Part shown: piece after piece, positions 50,325 through 60,253 of the stretch
Layout: every line of letters begins with the position of its first letter
Position numbering within the stretch: position 1 is the stretch's first letter
From: an uncultured Chloroflexia bacterium
Lineage (GTDB): Bacteria; Chloroflexota; Limnocylindria; QHBO01
Reading direction: 5' to 3'
DNA length: 64,000 bases
Assembly: GCA_963825525.1 (NCBI GenBank)
Contig: CAWGTN010000002.1
Location: 96,001-160,000 of the forward strand
Translations under genes and position numbers: made by a program
The notes under the pieces: model-generated
What the model was told of the DNA's origin: nothing
The model's input: the letters and a program-made list of their open reading frames with translations, nothing else
Databases searched by the model: none

Positions 50325-51155
50325 CGGTCTCCACGCGCCATCCGGCGCTCGAGGCGATCCTGGAAGAAGCTGAAGATGATCGTCAGGCCCCAGTACATGA
50401 CTGCGGCGATCAGCAATGCCTGCAGGGTCTTGAAGTCCTGCGTGCCGACCGTGCGGGCACGCCACAGCAGCTCCTGCACGGCGATGGTGGAGACAAGAGC
50501 GCGAGTCCTTGATCATGGCGATGAAGTCATTTCCCACGGCCGGGATCACGATCCGGAATGCCTGTGGCAGCACGATCCGTCGGAACACGAGCCGTTCCGG
50601 CATGCCGAGCGCCTCAGCCGCCTCTCGTTGGCCGGGCGGCACCGCCTGGATGCCGGCGCGGAAGATCTCGGTCATGTACGCGCCGTAGTTCAGGCTCAGC
50701 GCGAGGATGCCGGCGGGGATGGAGGGAATCGTGACGCCGACCTGGGGCAGGGCGAAGTAGATGAAGAAGATCTGGACCAGGAGCGGCGTGCCGCGAAACA
50801 GCGAGACGTACAGCGATGCCACGCCGTTCGGGATTGGGTTGCTGGAGAGCCGGGAGAGCGCTCCGAGCACGGCCAGGATCGACGCGAAGATGATCGAGGA
50901 CAGGCAGACCACGAGGGTGATCCAGGTCCCGCCCAGGATGTAGGGACCCCATTGGGTCCACCAGGAAGTGTCGATGTTGTCGGTCACCCACAGCGCGTAG
51001 ACGAAGGCGCCGACGATGACGACCCAGGTGGCGATGAAGAGCAGCCTGAACGACAGCCGCTGCTTTCGATGCGCGGCATCGATCTGGTCCAGGATCTGCG
51101 CGCGGTCCTGGGTCCGCGCCTTGGTGGCCATGTGCGTCGTGGACGCCTCCGTCAA
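50321..51155 (-). CDS. polar amino-acid ABC transporter permease, apparent frameshift near 50500 fusing it to the ATPase ORF
   Basis: FRGTPLLVQ, EIFRAGI, GQREAAEALG, LPQA; the corrected tail ALVSTIAVQELL...RLERRMARGDR* ends at 50321. Confidence 0.9.
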
Positions 51156-51209
51156 CGTTGAGCGGGGATGCTCGGTGCATCCCCGCTCATTCGCCGACCG
51201 GTGGATCGG

Positions 51210-52112
51210 CTACTCGGCCGGCTCCTGGGTCAGGTCCTCGTCAAACCACTGCTCGCTCAGGTCGGTGAGCGTTCCGTCTTCGTGCATCTCGCCGATGATC
51301 CTGTCGATCTCGTACAGCAACGCGCCGTGCTCCGGCCCGCTCTTGTCGATCGCGACGGCGAGATTCTCGGTGAAGATCGAGTCGGTCACGAGATGAACCG
51401 GCGCGCCCGAGTCGACGGCACCCTGCACCGTGGTGGCCGAGGTGATCCAGAGGTCGAACTCGCTTCGTCCGGCCTGGATCGCCTCCGCGCAGTTCGCGTC
51501 AGTCGGAAGCGTGGTCGCCTCGGCTCCATCCGGAAGCTCGAAGGGCAGCTGATCCACGCTGTCGACGCCCGAGCTGTCGCTCGCGGCGAGGGCAGCCGGT
51601 GCGTAGTAGTACGGCTGGGTGAAGCTCAGCGCTTCCTTGCGAGGGACGGTCACCGTCATCGATCCGACGCTGATGTCCCACCGACCCGACCAGCTGCCGG
51701 CCGTAATGGCATCCCACTCAGGGGTCTCGAAGCGGACGTCCACGCCGAGCCGGTCGGCGATCTCCCTCGCCACGTCGACGTCGAACCCGATGAGTTCGCC
51801 GTCGGCATCAAGGAATGACTGCGGCTCGTAGTTCGGGTCGCTCGACACGACGATCTCGCCGCGCTCCCGGATCGTCTCGAGCAGATCGCCGGCCTCATCG
51901 GCCTCCTCGATCGGGTCGGGATCGTCCGGCTGGAAGTCGCCGTTCAGCCAGTCGAGGTAGGTCGTCGCTTCGCCGACGCACACGACGTTCGTGATATCGG
52001 CGGTTCCGCCACCCTCGCTGGGGGATGCGCTGCTGCCGGAGCCGTTCGACTGGCAGGCCGCGAGGACGAGCACCGCGATGGGCAAGATCGCCATGCGTCG
52101 AAGATCGGTCAT
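51210..52112 (-). CDS. polar amino-acid ABC substrate-binding lipoprotein (SBP_bac_3) with unusual segment order
   Basis: Lipobox LVLAAC; DPNYEPQSF, GFDVDVAREIA, GSMTVT..R, FTQPYY, MHEDGTL..LSEQWF. Confidence 0.9.
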   Translation of the reverse strand: MTDLRRMAILPIAVLVLAACQSNGSGSSASPSEGGGTADITNVVCVGEATTYLDWLNGDFQPDDPDPIEEADEAGDLLETIRERGEIVVSSDPNYEPQSFLDADGELIGFDVDVAREIADRLGVDVRFETPEWDAITAGSWSGRWDISVGSMTVTVPRKEALSFTQPYYYAPAALAASDSSGVDSVDQLPFELPDGAEATTLPTDANCAEAIQAGRSEFDLWITSATTVQGAVDSGAPVHLVTDSIFTENLAVAIDKSGPEHGALLYEIDRIIGEMHEDGTLTDLSEQWFDEDLTQEPAE

Positions 52113-52258
52113 CAAATTCCTCCACTCGGGCGCGCGTTCGCTGCGCCCATGCTCCCTATCGGTCCGGGCTTTGTAGCACTTCGGGACGGTGCGCGCCAGT
52201 TGTGAGTGCACTCGCGACCCGATGCGCGCCAGGGCCCGGGCTCGGTACACTCTCGGCT

Positions 52259-53365
52259 ATGACCACCATCCAGCGGCCGAGCGCGCCTCCGTTGAGCCGG
52301 GCAGCGACGCTTCCGTCGCGCTATTACCTCGACGCCGACATCCTCGAGCGCGAGAAGGAGCTGGTGTTCGGCCGGACGTGGCAGCTGGTCGGGCGGGCGG
52401 ACCAGCTTCAGCGCATCGGCGACTTCATCCCGGTCACGGTGCTCGATGAACCGATCGTCATCACCCACGGGTTGGACGGAGAGCTCAAGGCCTTCTACAA
52501 CGTGTGCCGGCATCGGGCGGGTCAGGTGGCGCTCACCAAGGGCAATCGGAAGTCGCTCCAGTGCCGATATCACGGCTGGACGTACGGTTTGGATGGATGT
52601 CTGCGCGCCGCCCCGGAGATGGAGGCCACCGAGGGCTTCGCCAAGGAGGACTTCGGGCTCATCCCGGTCCGATGTGAGCGCTGGGGTCCCTTCGTGTTCG
52701 TGAATCTGAGCGATGACGCCCCGCCGCTGAGCGAGATGATGGGGAACATTCCGGGCGAGGTGGCCAGCGCCGGCTATGACGTGGACTCGATGCGACTGGT
52801 CGAGCGTCGCGACTACGTCATCGAGTGCAACTGGAAGGTCTACGTCGACAACTACCTCGAGGGCTATCACCTGCCGATCGCGCACCCGCAGCTCTTCAAG
52901 GAGCTCGACTACGACTCCTACCGCGTCGAGGAGTTCCGCTACTACAGCAAGCAGCACGCGCCGATCCGGGAGCTCAAGCCGGGGGAGGAGCTGGGCGTCG
53001 ACCGTCGCTATCTGCGGCAGCCGGGGGCCGAGGACAACGCGCTGTACTACTGGCTCTTCCCGAACACGATGTTCAACATCTACCAGGACAACATGTCGTC
53101 CAACGTGATCCTGCCGCTCGGGCCAGACCGAACGCTCACGATCTTCGAGTGGTTCTTCGCCGATCCGGGCTCGGGTCCCGGCTGGGAGTCGATGCAGCAG
53201 ACCATCGCCTTCAGTGACGAGATCCAGCAGGAGGACATCGTCATCTGCGAGCAGGTCCAGCGCGGCCTCCGCTCCCGCGCCTACGACACCGGTCGCTTCT
53301 CCGCCAAGCGCGAGAACGGCGTGTACCACTTCCAGAACCTCGTCCGCGAGTTCCTCGGGGAGTAG
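52259..53365 (+). CDS. Rieske non-heme iron oxygenase alpha subunit (choline monooxygenase-like)
   Basis: NVCRHRA...CRYHGWTY Rieske motif; NWKVYVDNYLEGYHLPIAHP; EDIVICEQVQRG. Confidence 0.93.
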   Translation: MTTIQRPSAPPLSRAATLPSRYYLDADILEREKELVFGRTWQLVGRADQLQRIGDFIPVTVLDEPIVITHGLDGELKAFYNVCRHRAGQVALTKGNRKSLQCRYHGWTYGLDGCLRAAPEMEATEGFAKEDFGLIPVRCERWGPFVFVNLSDDAPPLSEMMGNIPGEVASAGYDVDSMRLVERRDYVIECNWKVYVDNYLEGYHLPIAHPQLFKELDYDSYRVEEFRYYSKQHAPIRELKPGEELGVDRRYLRQPGAEDNALYYWLFPNTMFNIYQDNMSSNVILPLGPDRTLTIFEWFFADPGSGPGWESMQQTIAFSDEIQQEDIVICEQVQRGLRSRAYDTGRFSAKRENGVYHFQNLVREFLGE

Positions 53366-53383
53366 TCGGCCCTCGCGCGGCGT

Positions 53384-53750
53384 CCGGCCATCGGCCCTGA
53401 TCTTCGCCAGATTCATGCGGCATGCGCACCCGCGGCCGAATCGCGCCCAGTTTCGGCCACCTGCGGCGCTCAACCTGCAGGACGGCGATGAATCGCGTCA
53501 GTCGGCCGTTTCGTGCGCACCTGACGTGAATCTGGCAACGATTGGAACCACAACAGTCGTGGTGCCGGCCGTCGGCCCTGTCTTCGCCAGATTCATGCGG
53601 CATGCGCACCCGCGGCCGAATCGCGCCCAGTTTCGGCCACCTGCGGCGCTCAACCTGCAGGACGGCGATGAATCGCGTCGGTTGGCCGTTTCGTGCGCAC
53701 CTGACGTGAATCTGGCAACGATTGGAACCACAACAGTCGTGGTGCCGGCC
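53384..53750. repeat. two tandem ~180-bp units, each containing a 131-bp family A palindrome
   Basis: 53401-53570 and 53581-53750 are identical except for 2 substitutions; each contains GCCAGATTCA..TGCGCAC...CCTGCAGG...GTGCGCA..TGAATCTGGC. Confidence 0.95.
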
Positions 53751-54372
53751 CATTCGGTGCCCGCAGCCACCGCCGTGCCGAGGCTCCGCGCAACGCGTAC
53801 CCGTCGAAGAGCGCGGCGTGCCCCGCCACGTGGCGGCGCGTCGTCCTGTGCTCTGCGAACACGAGCGCGCGGCCCACGATTCGAGGAATCGGCCAGCCAA
53901 GCTGCTCTGCCAACATCGGCCCGAGCCGCGCTTTCGTATCCAGTCGCCGCAGGGTGTCCTGCACGTCCCCGAGCCGGCTCTTGACCTCAACCACGAGCAG
54001 GGCCTGTGCATCGGGGCGCCAGGCTAGAAGGTCGCAGCTCCCTCGATCGCCGAAGTGATTGAAGCTCACCTCGGGCTGCACGAGCCACCCAAACTTTGCC
54101 AGCCTGGCTGCCGTCTGATCCTGGACGGCGGCATGGAGCCGATCGACCAGCCGATCGAGATCCGCTCCGCGCCACCGCACCTCGACCAGCAGTTGGGCGT
54201 CGAGTGCAGCCACCAGTCGGTCCAGCGTTGCAAGCGTCACCGTGTCGAGCACTCCGCGCTCCACCCGGGATACGGCATCACGCGACAGGCCGGCTCGCGT
54301 GCCCAGGTCAACCTGGCGCCATCCCAGGCGAGCGCGCAGCCCCCGCATCGCGCGCGGCACGTTCGTTCGCAT
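53650..54372 (-). CDS. XRE-type HTH + PD-(D/E)XK (restriction-endonuclease-like) domain protein
   Basis: LRARLGWRQVDLGTRAGLSRDAVSRVERG (HTH); PEVSFNHFGDRGSCDLLAW...LVVEVKS (E..D..ExK). Confidence 0.85.
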   Translation of the reverse strand: MRTNVPRAMRGLRARLGWRQVDLGTRAGLSRDAVSRVERGVLDTVTLATLDRLVAALDAQLLVEVRWRGADLDRLVDRLHAAVQDQTAARLAKFGWLVQPEVSFNHFGDRGSCDLLAWRPDAQALLVVEVKSRLGDVQDTLRRLDTKARLGPMLAEQLGWPIPRIVGRALVFAEHRTTRRHVAGHAALFDGYALRGASARRWLRAPNGPAPRLLWFQSLPDSRQVRTKRPTDAIHRRPAG

Positions 54373-54422
54373 GGCGACGCCGATGATGCGCATAGGGCGA
54401 TTACCCAGCCATTACGACGGCC

Positions 54423-55076
54423 TTATCGGGCGCGACCGTCCAGGTAGGCGATGACCGCCAGGACGCGGCGGTTGTCATCGGGATGCTCTTCCAGGCCGAG
54501 CTTCGAGAAGATCGTCGCCACCTGGCCCTCGACCGTCTTGACCGAGATGGACAGCCGATCCGCGACCGAGCGGTTGGAGCGGCCCTCGGCGACGAGCGCC
54601 ATGACGTCGCGCTCCCGGGGCGTGAGGACGGAGAGCCGTTCCTGGGTCGCACGGCCCCGCACGATCTCGTCCACCACCGACGGGTCGATCGCCGATCCGC
54701 CGCTCGCCACTCGCTCGGCCGATGCCAGGAGCTCGGCCGCATCCGCCACGCGGTCCTTGAGCAGGTAGCCGACCCCGCCAGCCCCTCCCTGCAGCAGCAT
54801 GAGCGCGTACTCCGGCTCGAGAAACTGCGAGAGCACGAGGACCCCGACGGCTCCGCCATGCTCCTTGCGAATCCGGACCGCTGCGTTGAGCCCGGCCGTG
54901 TCGGATGGCGGCATCCGGATGTCGATAACGGCGAGGTCCGGCCGCAGCTCATCGACGAGCGCCAGGAGCTCGTCGCCGGTGCGGGCCTGCCCGACGATGG
55001 TCGCGCCGCCGGCGGTGAGGATGCGGACGACCCCTTCGCGGATGACCGCCGAGTCATCGGCCACGATCACTCGCAT
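54423..55076 (-). CDS. NarL/LuxR family response regulator
   Basis: VIVADD, DIRMPP, YLLKD, LTPRERDVMALVAEGRSN. Confidence 0.95.
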   Translation of the reverse strand: MRVIVADDSAVIREGVVRILTAGGATIVGQARTGDELLALVDELRPDLAVIDIRMPPSDTAGLNAAVRIRKEHGGAVGVLVLSQFLEPEYALMLLQGGAGGVGYLLKDRVADAAELLASAERVASGGSAIDPSVVDEIVRGRATQERLSVLTPRERDVMALVAEGRSNRSVADRLSISVKTVEGQVATIFSKLGLEEHPDDNRRVLAVIAYLDGRAR

Positions 55077-56632
55077 GGCAGCCACGCTTCGAGCCTTGTC
55101 CCGCCGCCAGGCGGACTGTCAAGCGTGAACCGGCCGCTGAGGGCTCGCACCCGGTCGCGCAGTCCCTCGATGCCCGAGCCGCCCAGGGAATCGGCACCAC
55201 CGACACCGTCATCGGCGACACCGATGAGAAGGCCGCCATCGGCGCGTTCGACCGAAACCTCGGCTCGCGACGCTCGAGCGCTGCGCGCGATGTTGGTCAG
55301 GGCCTCGGCGACGACGTAATACGCGGTCACCTCCACCGGCAGCGGCATCCGACCGTCGAGCGTGACCCGCAGCTCCACCGGGACCGTCGAGCGGCGCGCC
55401 AGCGTTCCGAGCGCCGGCCCGAGGCCAGCCTCGGTGAGGATCGCGGGATGGATTCCGCGGGCAAGCTCGCGCATCTCGTGCATCGCGTCGCGGAGCTCGG
55501 TGGCGATCTCATCGAGGCGTGGGCCGACGTCCGCCGGTTCGGATTCAATCATTCGACGCGCCTCGTCCAGGCGCATCGCCACCGCGGTGAGGTGTTGCTG
55601 CGCTCCGTCGTGCAACGCTCGCTCGATCCGGCGCCGCTCGGCGTCGCCGGCCGCAACAATCCGCGCGCGGGATGCGCGAAGCTCCGCCAGCTGGCTTCGG
55701 AGGAGCGTGGCCAATTCGTCGTTCTCGATGTAGGCGGCCAGGGCGTCGTCCACCGCGTCGGGTTCCTCGTCTCGTCCCAGTCGCGCCGCCATGGTCGACA
55801 GCGGACCGCCCGCGGACCGAAGGCGGAGGGTGCCGACCAGGAAGCTGATCGGCACAATGGCGCGCGCGCCCGGAACCAGCCAGTCCACGAAACCGGCGAG
55901 GCTTTCAGGAACGCTCAACAGCGGCGCTCCGGTCGCGGTGAGCGAGACCGTCTCGGCGGCGCTGTACGCCGCGAAGACCATGGCCACCACCGCTCCGATG
56001 ACCACCGGGCCGATCACCGATCTCGTCATCGACGGGCTCCCGAGCAGGCGTCGGGTGGCGACCAGGGCGACCACGAGGGCGAGGATGGCGATCCCGGCGC
56101 TGGCCAGGACCTCGACGGTCTCGAAGGCGACTCGGTCCTCGAGGACGGCAAACGGGTTGACCATGCTGCCCGGCGGGAATGCCTCGGGATGCGTTCGCGG
56201 CGGATCCTGGAGGAGCATGCGTCCGACGCTTCGCACGGCGAACGCTGCGCCCATGCCCCAGACGGCAATTCGGCCCGCGCGTGACAGGGCCTCTGCCGGG
56301 AACGTGAGTGCGAGCAGCGCAAATGCGACGTCGTAGTAGCCCTCGAAGGCGAAGCCGATGACCCACAGCGGCACGATGCCGGTCGGCCCGTAGCTGCCCA
56401 GCGACCACAGCGCGCCGCTGAGGACGAGGAGCGGCCCGGTGCGGGAGCTCGGTCGCCGACGCCAGGCGATCGTTCCCGCACCCACGAAGAGCAGGCCGAT
56501 GCCGGTGTCGAGGATGAGGAAGGTGAGTGGTGCCCCGGCCGCGATGCCGACGTAGTGGGTCACCACCACGAACGCCGTCGCGATGGCTACCGCGGGCCAC
56601 GGATCGCGTCGGACCAGCTCCGTGGGCGTCAT
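55067..56632 (-). CDS. membrane sensor histidine kinase (HisKA_3)
   Basis: ERRRIERALHDGAQQ, EALTN, DDGVGG, GSGIEG; multi-TM input region. Confidence 0.93.
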   Translation of the reverse strand: MTPTELVRRDPWPAVAIATAFVVVTHYVGIAAGAPLTFLILDTGIGLLFVGAGTIAWRRRPSSRTGPLLVLSGALWSLGSYGPTGIVPLWVIGFAFEGYYDVAFALLALTFPAEALSRAGRIAVWGMGAAFAVRSVGRMLLQDPPRTHPEAFPPGSMVNPFAVLEDRVAFETVEVLASAGIAILALVVALVATRRLLGSPSMTRSVIGPVVIGAVVAMVFAAYSAAETVSLTATGAPLLSVPESLAGFVDWLVPGARAIVPISFLVGTLRLRSAGGPLSTMAARLGRDEEPDAVDDALAAYIENDELATLLRSQLAELRASRARIVAAGDAERRRIERALHDGAQQHLTAVAMRLDEARRMIESEPADVGPRLDEIATELRDAMHEMRELARGIHPAILTEAGLGPALGTLARRSTVPVELRVTLDGRMPLPVEVTAYYVVAEALTNIARSARASRAEVSVERADGGLLIGVADDGVGGADSLGGSGIEGLRDRVRALSGRFTLDSPPGGGTRLEAWLPCE

Positions 56633-56668
56633 GTGCCGGATCGTGGCACAGCGGCAGCGCGCCGCATA

Positions 56669-56706
56669 CAGGGAAAACCCTCGGACGCTGTGGGGCTGTC
56701 ACCGAT
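56669..56706. promoter_or_regulatory. possible NarL-type regulator binding boxes
   Basis: AGGGAAAACCCT palindrome plus GGGGCTGTCACC between the divergent two-component system and lipoprotein genes. Confidence 0.4.
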
Positions 56707-56764
56707 GCGCACGTGACGGCTGCCAGCGACGATGCGGCGGCAACCTAGCCTGCCGGAGGACCCC

Positions 56765-57853
56765 ATGTGGAACTGGACATCCGCGCGTTTCCTGATCGGA
56801 CTGCTGCTGGGAGCCATCATGCTTTCGGCGTGCGGGATGCAGTCACCGGAAGGAGCAGCGACGCCTTCTCCCTCGATCGCGGCGAGCATCCCACCGGAGC
56901 CACCGGTCAGCTCGGAGCCATCGCCATCGGCCGAGGTCGACCCTCTCGCCGCACGAACCATCGCAACGATTGACCTCGGCGGCGGACCCGACTTTCCGAC
57001 GGAGGCCTTCGGCTCGATGTGGGTGATCGCGGTCGATGGGCCGATCATGAATGACGGCACCTCACCGGCCGTCCATCGGATCGATCCCGAATCCAACACG
57101 GTGATCGCATCGATTCCGGTGCCGGGGCGCCTGTGCTCGGGGATCGGGGTGAGCCCGGAAGCCGTGTGGGTCTGCGGGCCGGATGGTCTGGTGCGCATCG
57201 ACCCCGCCACGAACGAGGTTGTGGCGACCGTCGAGCTTCGTCCGGCCCTGGTGACCAGCCGAATTCCGTATGGCGCCGGTTCCGTCTGGGCCTTTGCCAC
57301 CACGACGGTCGGCCCGGACCAGGTGGTCCGCATCGACCCGGCCACGGACGCGGTCACCGCCACCATCGACCTCGGCCACGTCGCGGGCACCATGGCGTTC
57401 GGCCTTGACGCCCTGTGGGTCACCGGTCCAGCCGACGATGTCCTGCTCAGGATTGACCCCGCCACCAATGCCGTCGAGGAATGGAGCACCGGGATCGACG
57501 GCGCCGGGTCGATCGCCGTCGGCGACGACGCGCTGTGGGTCTCCCTGATCTTCGAGCACGGCGTCCAGGGCCATGCCGATGACATGACGGTCGTGCGCAT
57601 CGACCCGCAGACCGGCGATGTGTCGCAGTCCTTTGCCACCGGCGGCCCGCTGGGAGACGAGGGCGAGATCGCCGCGAATTCCCACGGGGTGTGGGTTCGG
57701 GCACCGGAACCGTGGCTCGTCCGAATCGATCCGGCAACGAACGAGATCGTCGACCGCATCGATACCCGGAGCGGTCCGGGAGCCGTGACCGTCGCCTTCG
57801 GATCGCTCTGGGTCACCACCGAACGCGGTGAGGTCCTCCGTATCGAGCCGTGA
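56765..57853 (+). CDS. beta-propeller lipoprotein (YVTN/Vgb-like repeats)
   Basis: Lipobox MLSAC; about seven repeats of GS(L/V)WV...VRIDPATN. Confidence 0.88.
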   Translation: MWNWTSARFLIGLLLGAIMLSACGMQSPEGAATPSPSIAASIPPEPPVSSEPSPSAEVDPLAARTIATIDLGGGPDFPTEAFGSMWVIAVDGPIMNDGTSPAVHRIDPESNTVIASIPVPGRLCSGIGVSPEAVWVCGPDGLVRIDPATNEVVATVELRPALVTSRIPYGAGSVWAFATTTVGPDQVVRIDPATDAVTATIDLGHVAGTMAFGLDALWVTGPADDVLLRIDPATNAVEEWSTGIDGAGSIAVGDDALWVSLIFEHGVQGHADDMTVVRIDPQTGDVSQSFATGGPLGDEGEIAANSHGVWVRAPEPWLVRIDPATNEIVDRIDTRSGPGAVTVAFGSLWVTTERGEVLRIEP

Positions 57854-57883
57854 GCGGTTGGGTGAGCCGCTAGGATCTCCCAC

Positions 57884-58180
57884 GTGAACCCAGCAGCGCT
57901 CACGCACGACGACCTGGTTGAGCTCGTGCGCCGCTTCGAGGGACGGGAGGTGGAGACGGTGACGGGCCGGAAGTTCACCGCAGGCATTGCCCGCACGGGC
58001 GAGATCTTCTTCACGCCATCGTCGAGCGGCTACGGCCAGAGCGACGGGCGGAAGGCCGCGGAGCGATTCGTCGAGCGCTACAACCAGACCCGCAGCGTCC
58101 GGCCCGGTGACTACGCCGACGTCACGAGGAACGCCTCGTACTTCATCGGTCTCATCCTGGCCGCAGAGGAGCCCGAATGA
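57884..58180 (+). CDS. hypothetical protein
   Basis: Coding-like codon usage; stop overlaps the next start. Confidence 0.7.
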   Translation: MNPAALTHDDLVELVRRFEGREVETVTGRKFTAGIARTGEIFFTPSSSGYGQSDGRKAAERFVERYNQTRSVRPGDYADVTRNASYFIGLILAAEEPE

Positions 58181-59016
58181 CTCAGCGCGCGGACGGCAAG
58201 CTGGCCGTCGCCCTCATCTCCGAAGTCTTCTGGGAGGCCGATGGCCCGATACGGCTCCGCCAGCGCCTGGCCGAAGCCGCCGACCGCGGTGTCGATCTCG
58301 CCGTCCTGCCGGAGCTGCCGCTGAACCCCTGGAGCCCGGCGACGAAACAGGTCCGCGAGGAGGATGCCGAGCCGATGGACGGCGAGCGCGTCCGGGCGCA
58401 GTCCGAGGCTGCCGCAGAAGCGGGGATCGGGCTCATCGGCGGGATCATTCATCGGGCCGAAGACGGACGGCGAACGAGCCGCGCTCTTGCCTTCGACAAC
58501 ACCGGCGAAATCGTCGCCAGCTACGAGAAGCTCCACCTTCCGGACGAGGAGGGATTCTGGGAGCCGAGCCATTACGACGTCGGCGACGCCCCGCCGCGGC
58601 GGATCGATGCATTCGGGCTGCCCATCGGCATTCAGCTGTGCTCCGACAACAATCGGCCGGAGGGCACCCACCTGCTCGGCGCCCAGGGCGTCGTCGCGAT
58701 GATCAACCCGCGATCCACGGAAGAGGCGACGTATCAGCGCTGGAAGACCGTCTGGATCGCGAACGCCCTGACGAGCTGCTGCTACGTGCTGAGCGTCAAC
58801 CGGCCGGAGCCGGAACAGGGCGTGCTGATCGGCGGACCCAGCGTGGCGATCGGGCCGCGCGGCGAGGTCCTGGTGGAGACCACGGATCGCATGGCGGTCG
58901 TCACGCTGGATGCGAGCGTGGTCCATGCCGCGCGGCGTGGATATCCGGGCTATCTGCCGGTGCGTGCCGGGCTGTATGCCGCTGCCTGGGACGAGATCGC
59001 GCGCTCGGACGGGTGA
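58177..59016 (+). CDS. carbon-nitrogen hydrolase (nitrilase superfamily)
   Basis: Catalytic E (LPEL), K (YEKLHL) and C (LCSD). Confidence 0.92.
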   Translation: MTQRADGKLAVALISEVFWEADGPIRLRQRLAEAADRGVDLAVLPELPLNPWSPATKQVREEDAEPMDGERVRAQSEAAAEAGIGLIGGIIHRAEDGRRTSRALAFDNTGEIVASYEKLHLPDEEGFWEPSHYDVGDAPPRRIDAFGLPIGIQLCSDNNRPEGTHLLGAQGVVAMINPRSTEEATYQRWKTVWIANALTSCCYVLSVNRPEPEQGVLIGGPSVAIGPRGEVLVETTDRMAVVTLDASVVHAARRGYPGYLPVRAGLYAAAWDEIARSDG

Positions 59017-59022
59017 GCCCGA

Positions 59023-59732
59023 TCAGCCCTCGGCGAGCCGGAACTGACCGCGCGCGATGACGGTGTCGCCGACCAGGATCCGCATCTCGTAGACGCCGGG
59101 GCCCCAGTCACGCACGAACCCGGCGGCGTCACCGGCCACGAAGCCGGCGCGTGCTGGCGGCGGGATCCACGCCGAGCTGGTTGCCGGCCGCGGCCACGAT
59201 CTCCTCGCCATCGGTGCCGTCGTCGTTGAGGCGCACGACCTGCTCGCCGATCGTCGCCGCCCCGAACGGCTCCGTCGATGAGATGGAGTGCGCGAAGACC
59301 ATGCCCGGCGTGAAGGTGTCGACCGGTTCGATGACCTGGCGGTTGCCATCGAGCTCGGTGCCGAAGACCACGGTACCGGGCAGCTCGGGCGTCGGCTCGG
59401 GCGTCGGCTCGAGTGATTCGGACGGCGAGGGCTCAAGGGTCGGGGTCGCCGTCGGCGTGGCGGTCGCGCTCGGCGTAGGGGAGACATCGGCTCCGACGGT
59501 CGGGTCGGTCGGATTCAGGCTCGAGATGAAGAGGCCGATGAGCAACGCGCCCGAGGATGCTGCCGATGACCGCGCCCATCGACAGGAGCGAGTCACGGTC
59601 GGTGGGGTATCGACCGGTCGGAACGACGCGCGCTTCGCCATGTCGAAGCGAGACTCCACATGACCGACAGACCTGGGCCCATTCGGGGTTCGTGCGGCCG
59701 CAGTTGAAGCAGTCGACGGTCTCCTGGGTCAT
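59023..59732 (-). CDS. zinc-ribbon + TM + extracytoplasmic domain protein, two apparent frameshifts
   Basis: CFNCG...CRSCG, TM, PT-rich linker and C-terminal GVYEMRILVGDTVIARGQF split over three frames. Confidence 0.75.
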
Positions 59733-59921
59733 GGAGCGGGCGGTCCTCCTGGGGGCATCTGCCGGTGGCGGCGAGAAGCCTAGCATGCAGGTGGCCGCCG
59801 GCGGTGAGAACGCCGACGGCCGGTCGGCCATCCCCGCAACGGGAGGACCGGGAATGAGTTTAGCGGCGATCGCCAGCCCCTACACTGGCGCCCGAACTCC
59901 CCCGAAGACGAGGATCCTCGC

Positions 59922-60227
59922 GTGCTGCACATGATCGTCAACACCCATCACGCCGAGAGCTGCCCCTTTCGCGGCAAGGACCACGCCGATGCGCTGGCAT
60001 CCGGCCTGGAGTCGCTCGAGGGTGCGGCCGAGGATCGCGGCGCCCGGGTGGCCGGAGCGTGGGTCAACGGCGCGGGTCACACGGCCTTCTTCCTGGTCGA
60101 CGCGCCGCACGCGCACGTCATCGACGAGATCATCCAGGCGGCCGGACTCACTGGTCGAACGCACTCCCAGGTCTTTGCCGTCGTCGAGCTGCCGGTGATC
60201 CTCGAGCGGATCAACACCGCGCGCTGA
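59922..60227 (+). CDS. small GYD/DUF3303-like protein
   Basis: THHAESCP...GHTAFFLVDA. Confidence 0.7.
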   Translation: MLHMIVNTHHAESCPFRGKDHADALASGLESLEGAAEDRGARVAGAWVNGAGHTAFFLVDAPHAHVIDEIIQAAGLTGRTHSQVFAVVELPVILERINTAR

Positions 60228-60253
60228 ACCTGCCGAGCACCGCGCTGCGCGGG

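Noticed and set aside
49470-51155. Natural permease-ATPase fusion
   Set aside because: A normal permease C-terminus and stop exist in another frame, so a single indel explains the fusion.
53384-53750. CRISPR array
   Set aside because: Only two 180-bp units with no unique spacers and no cas genes.
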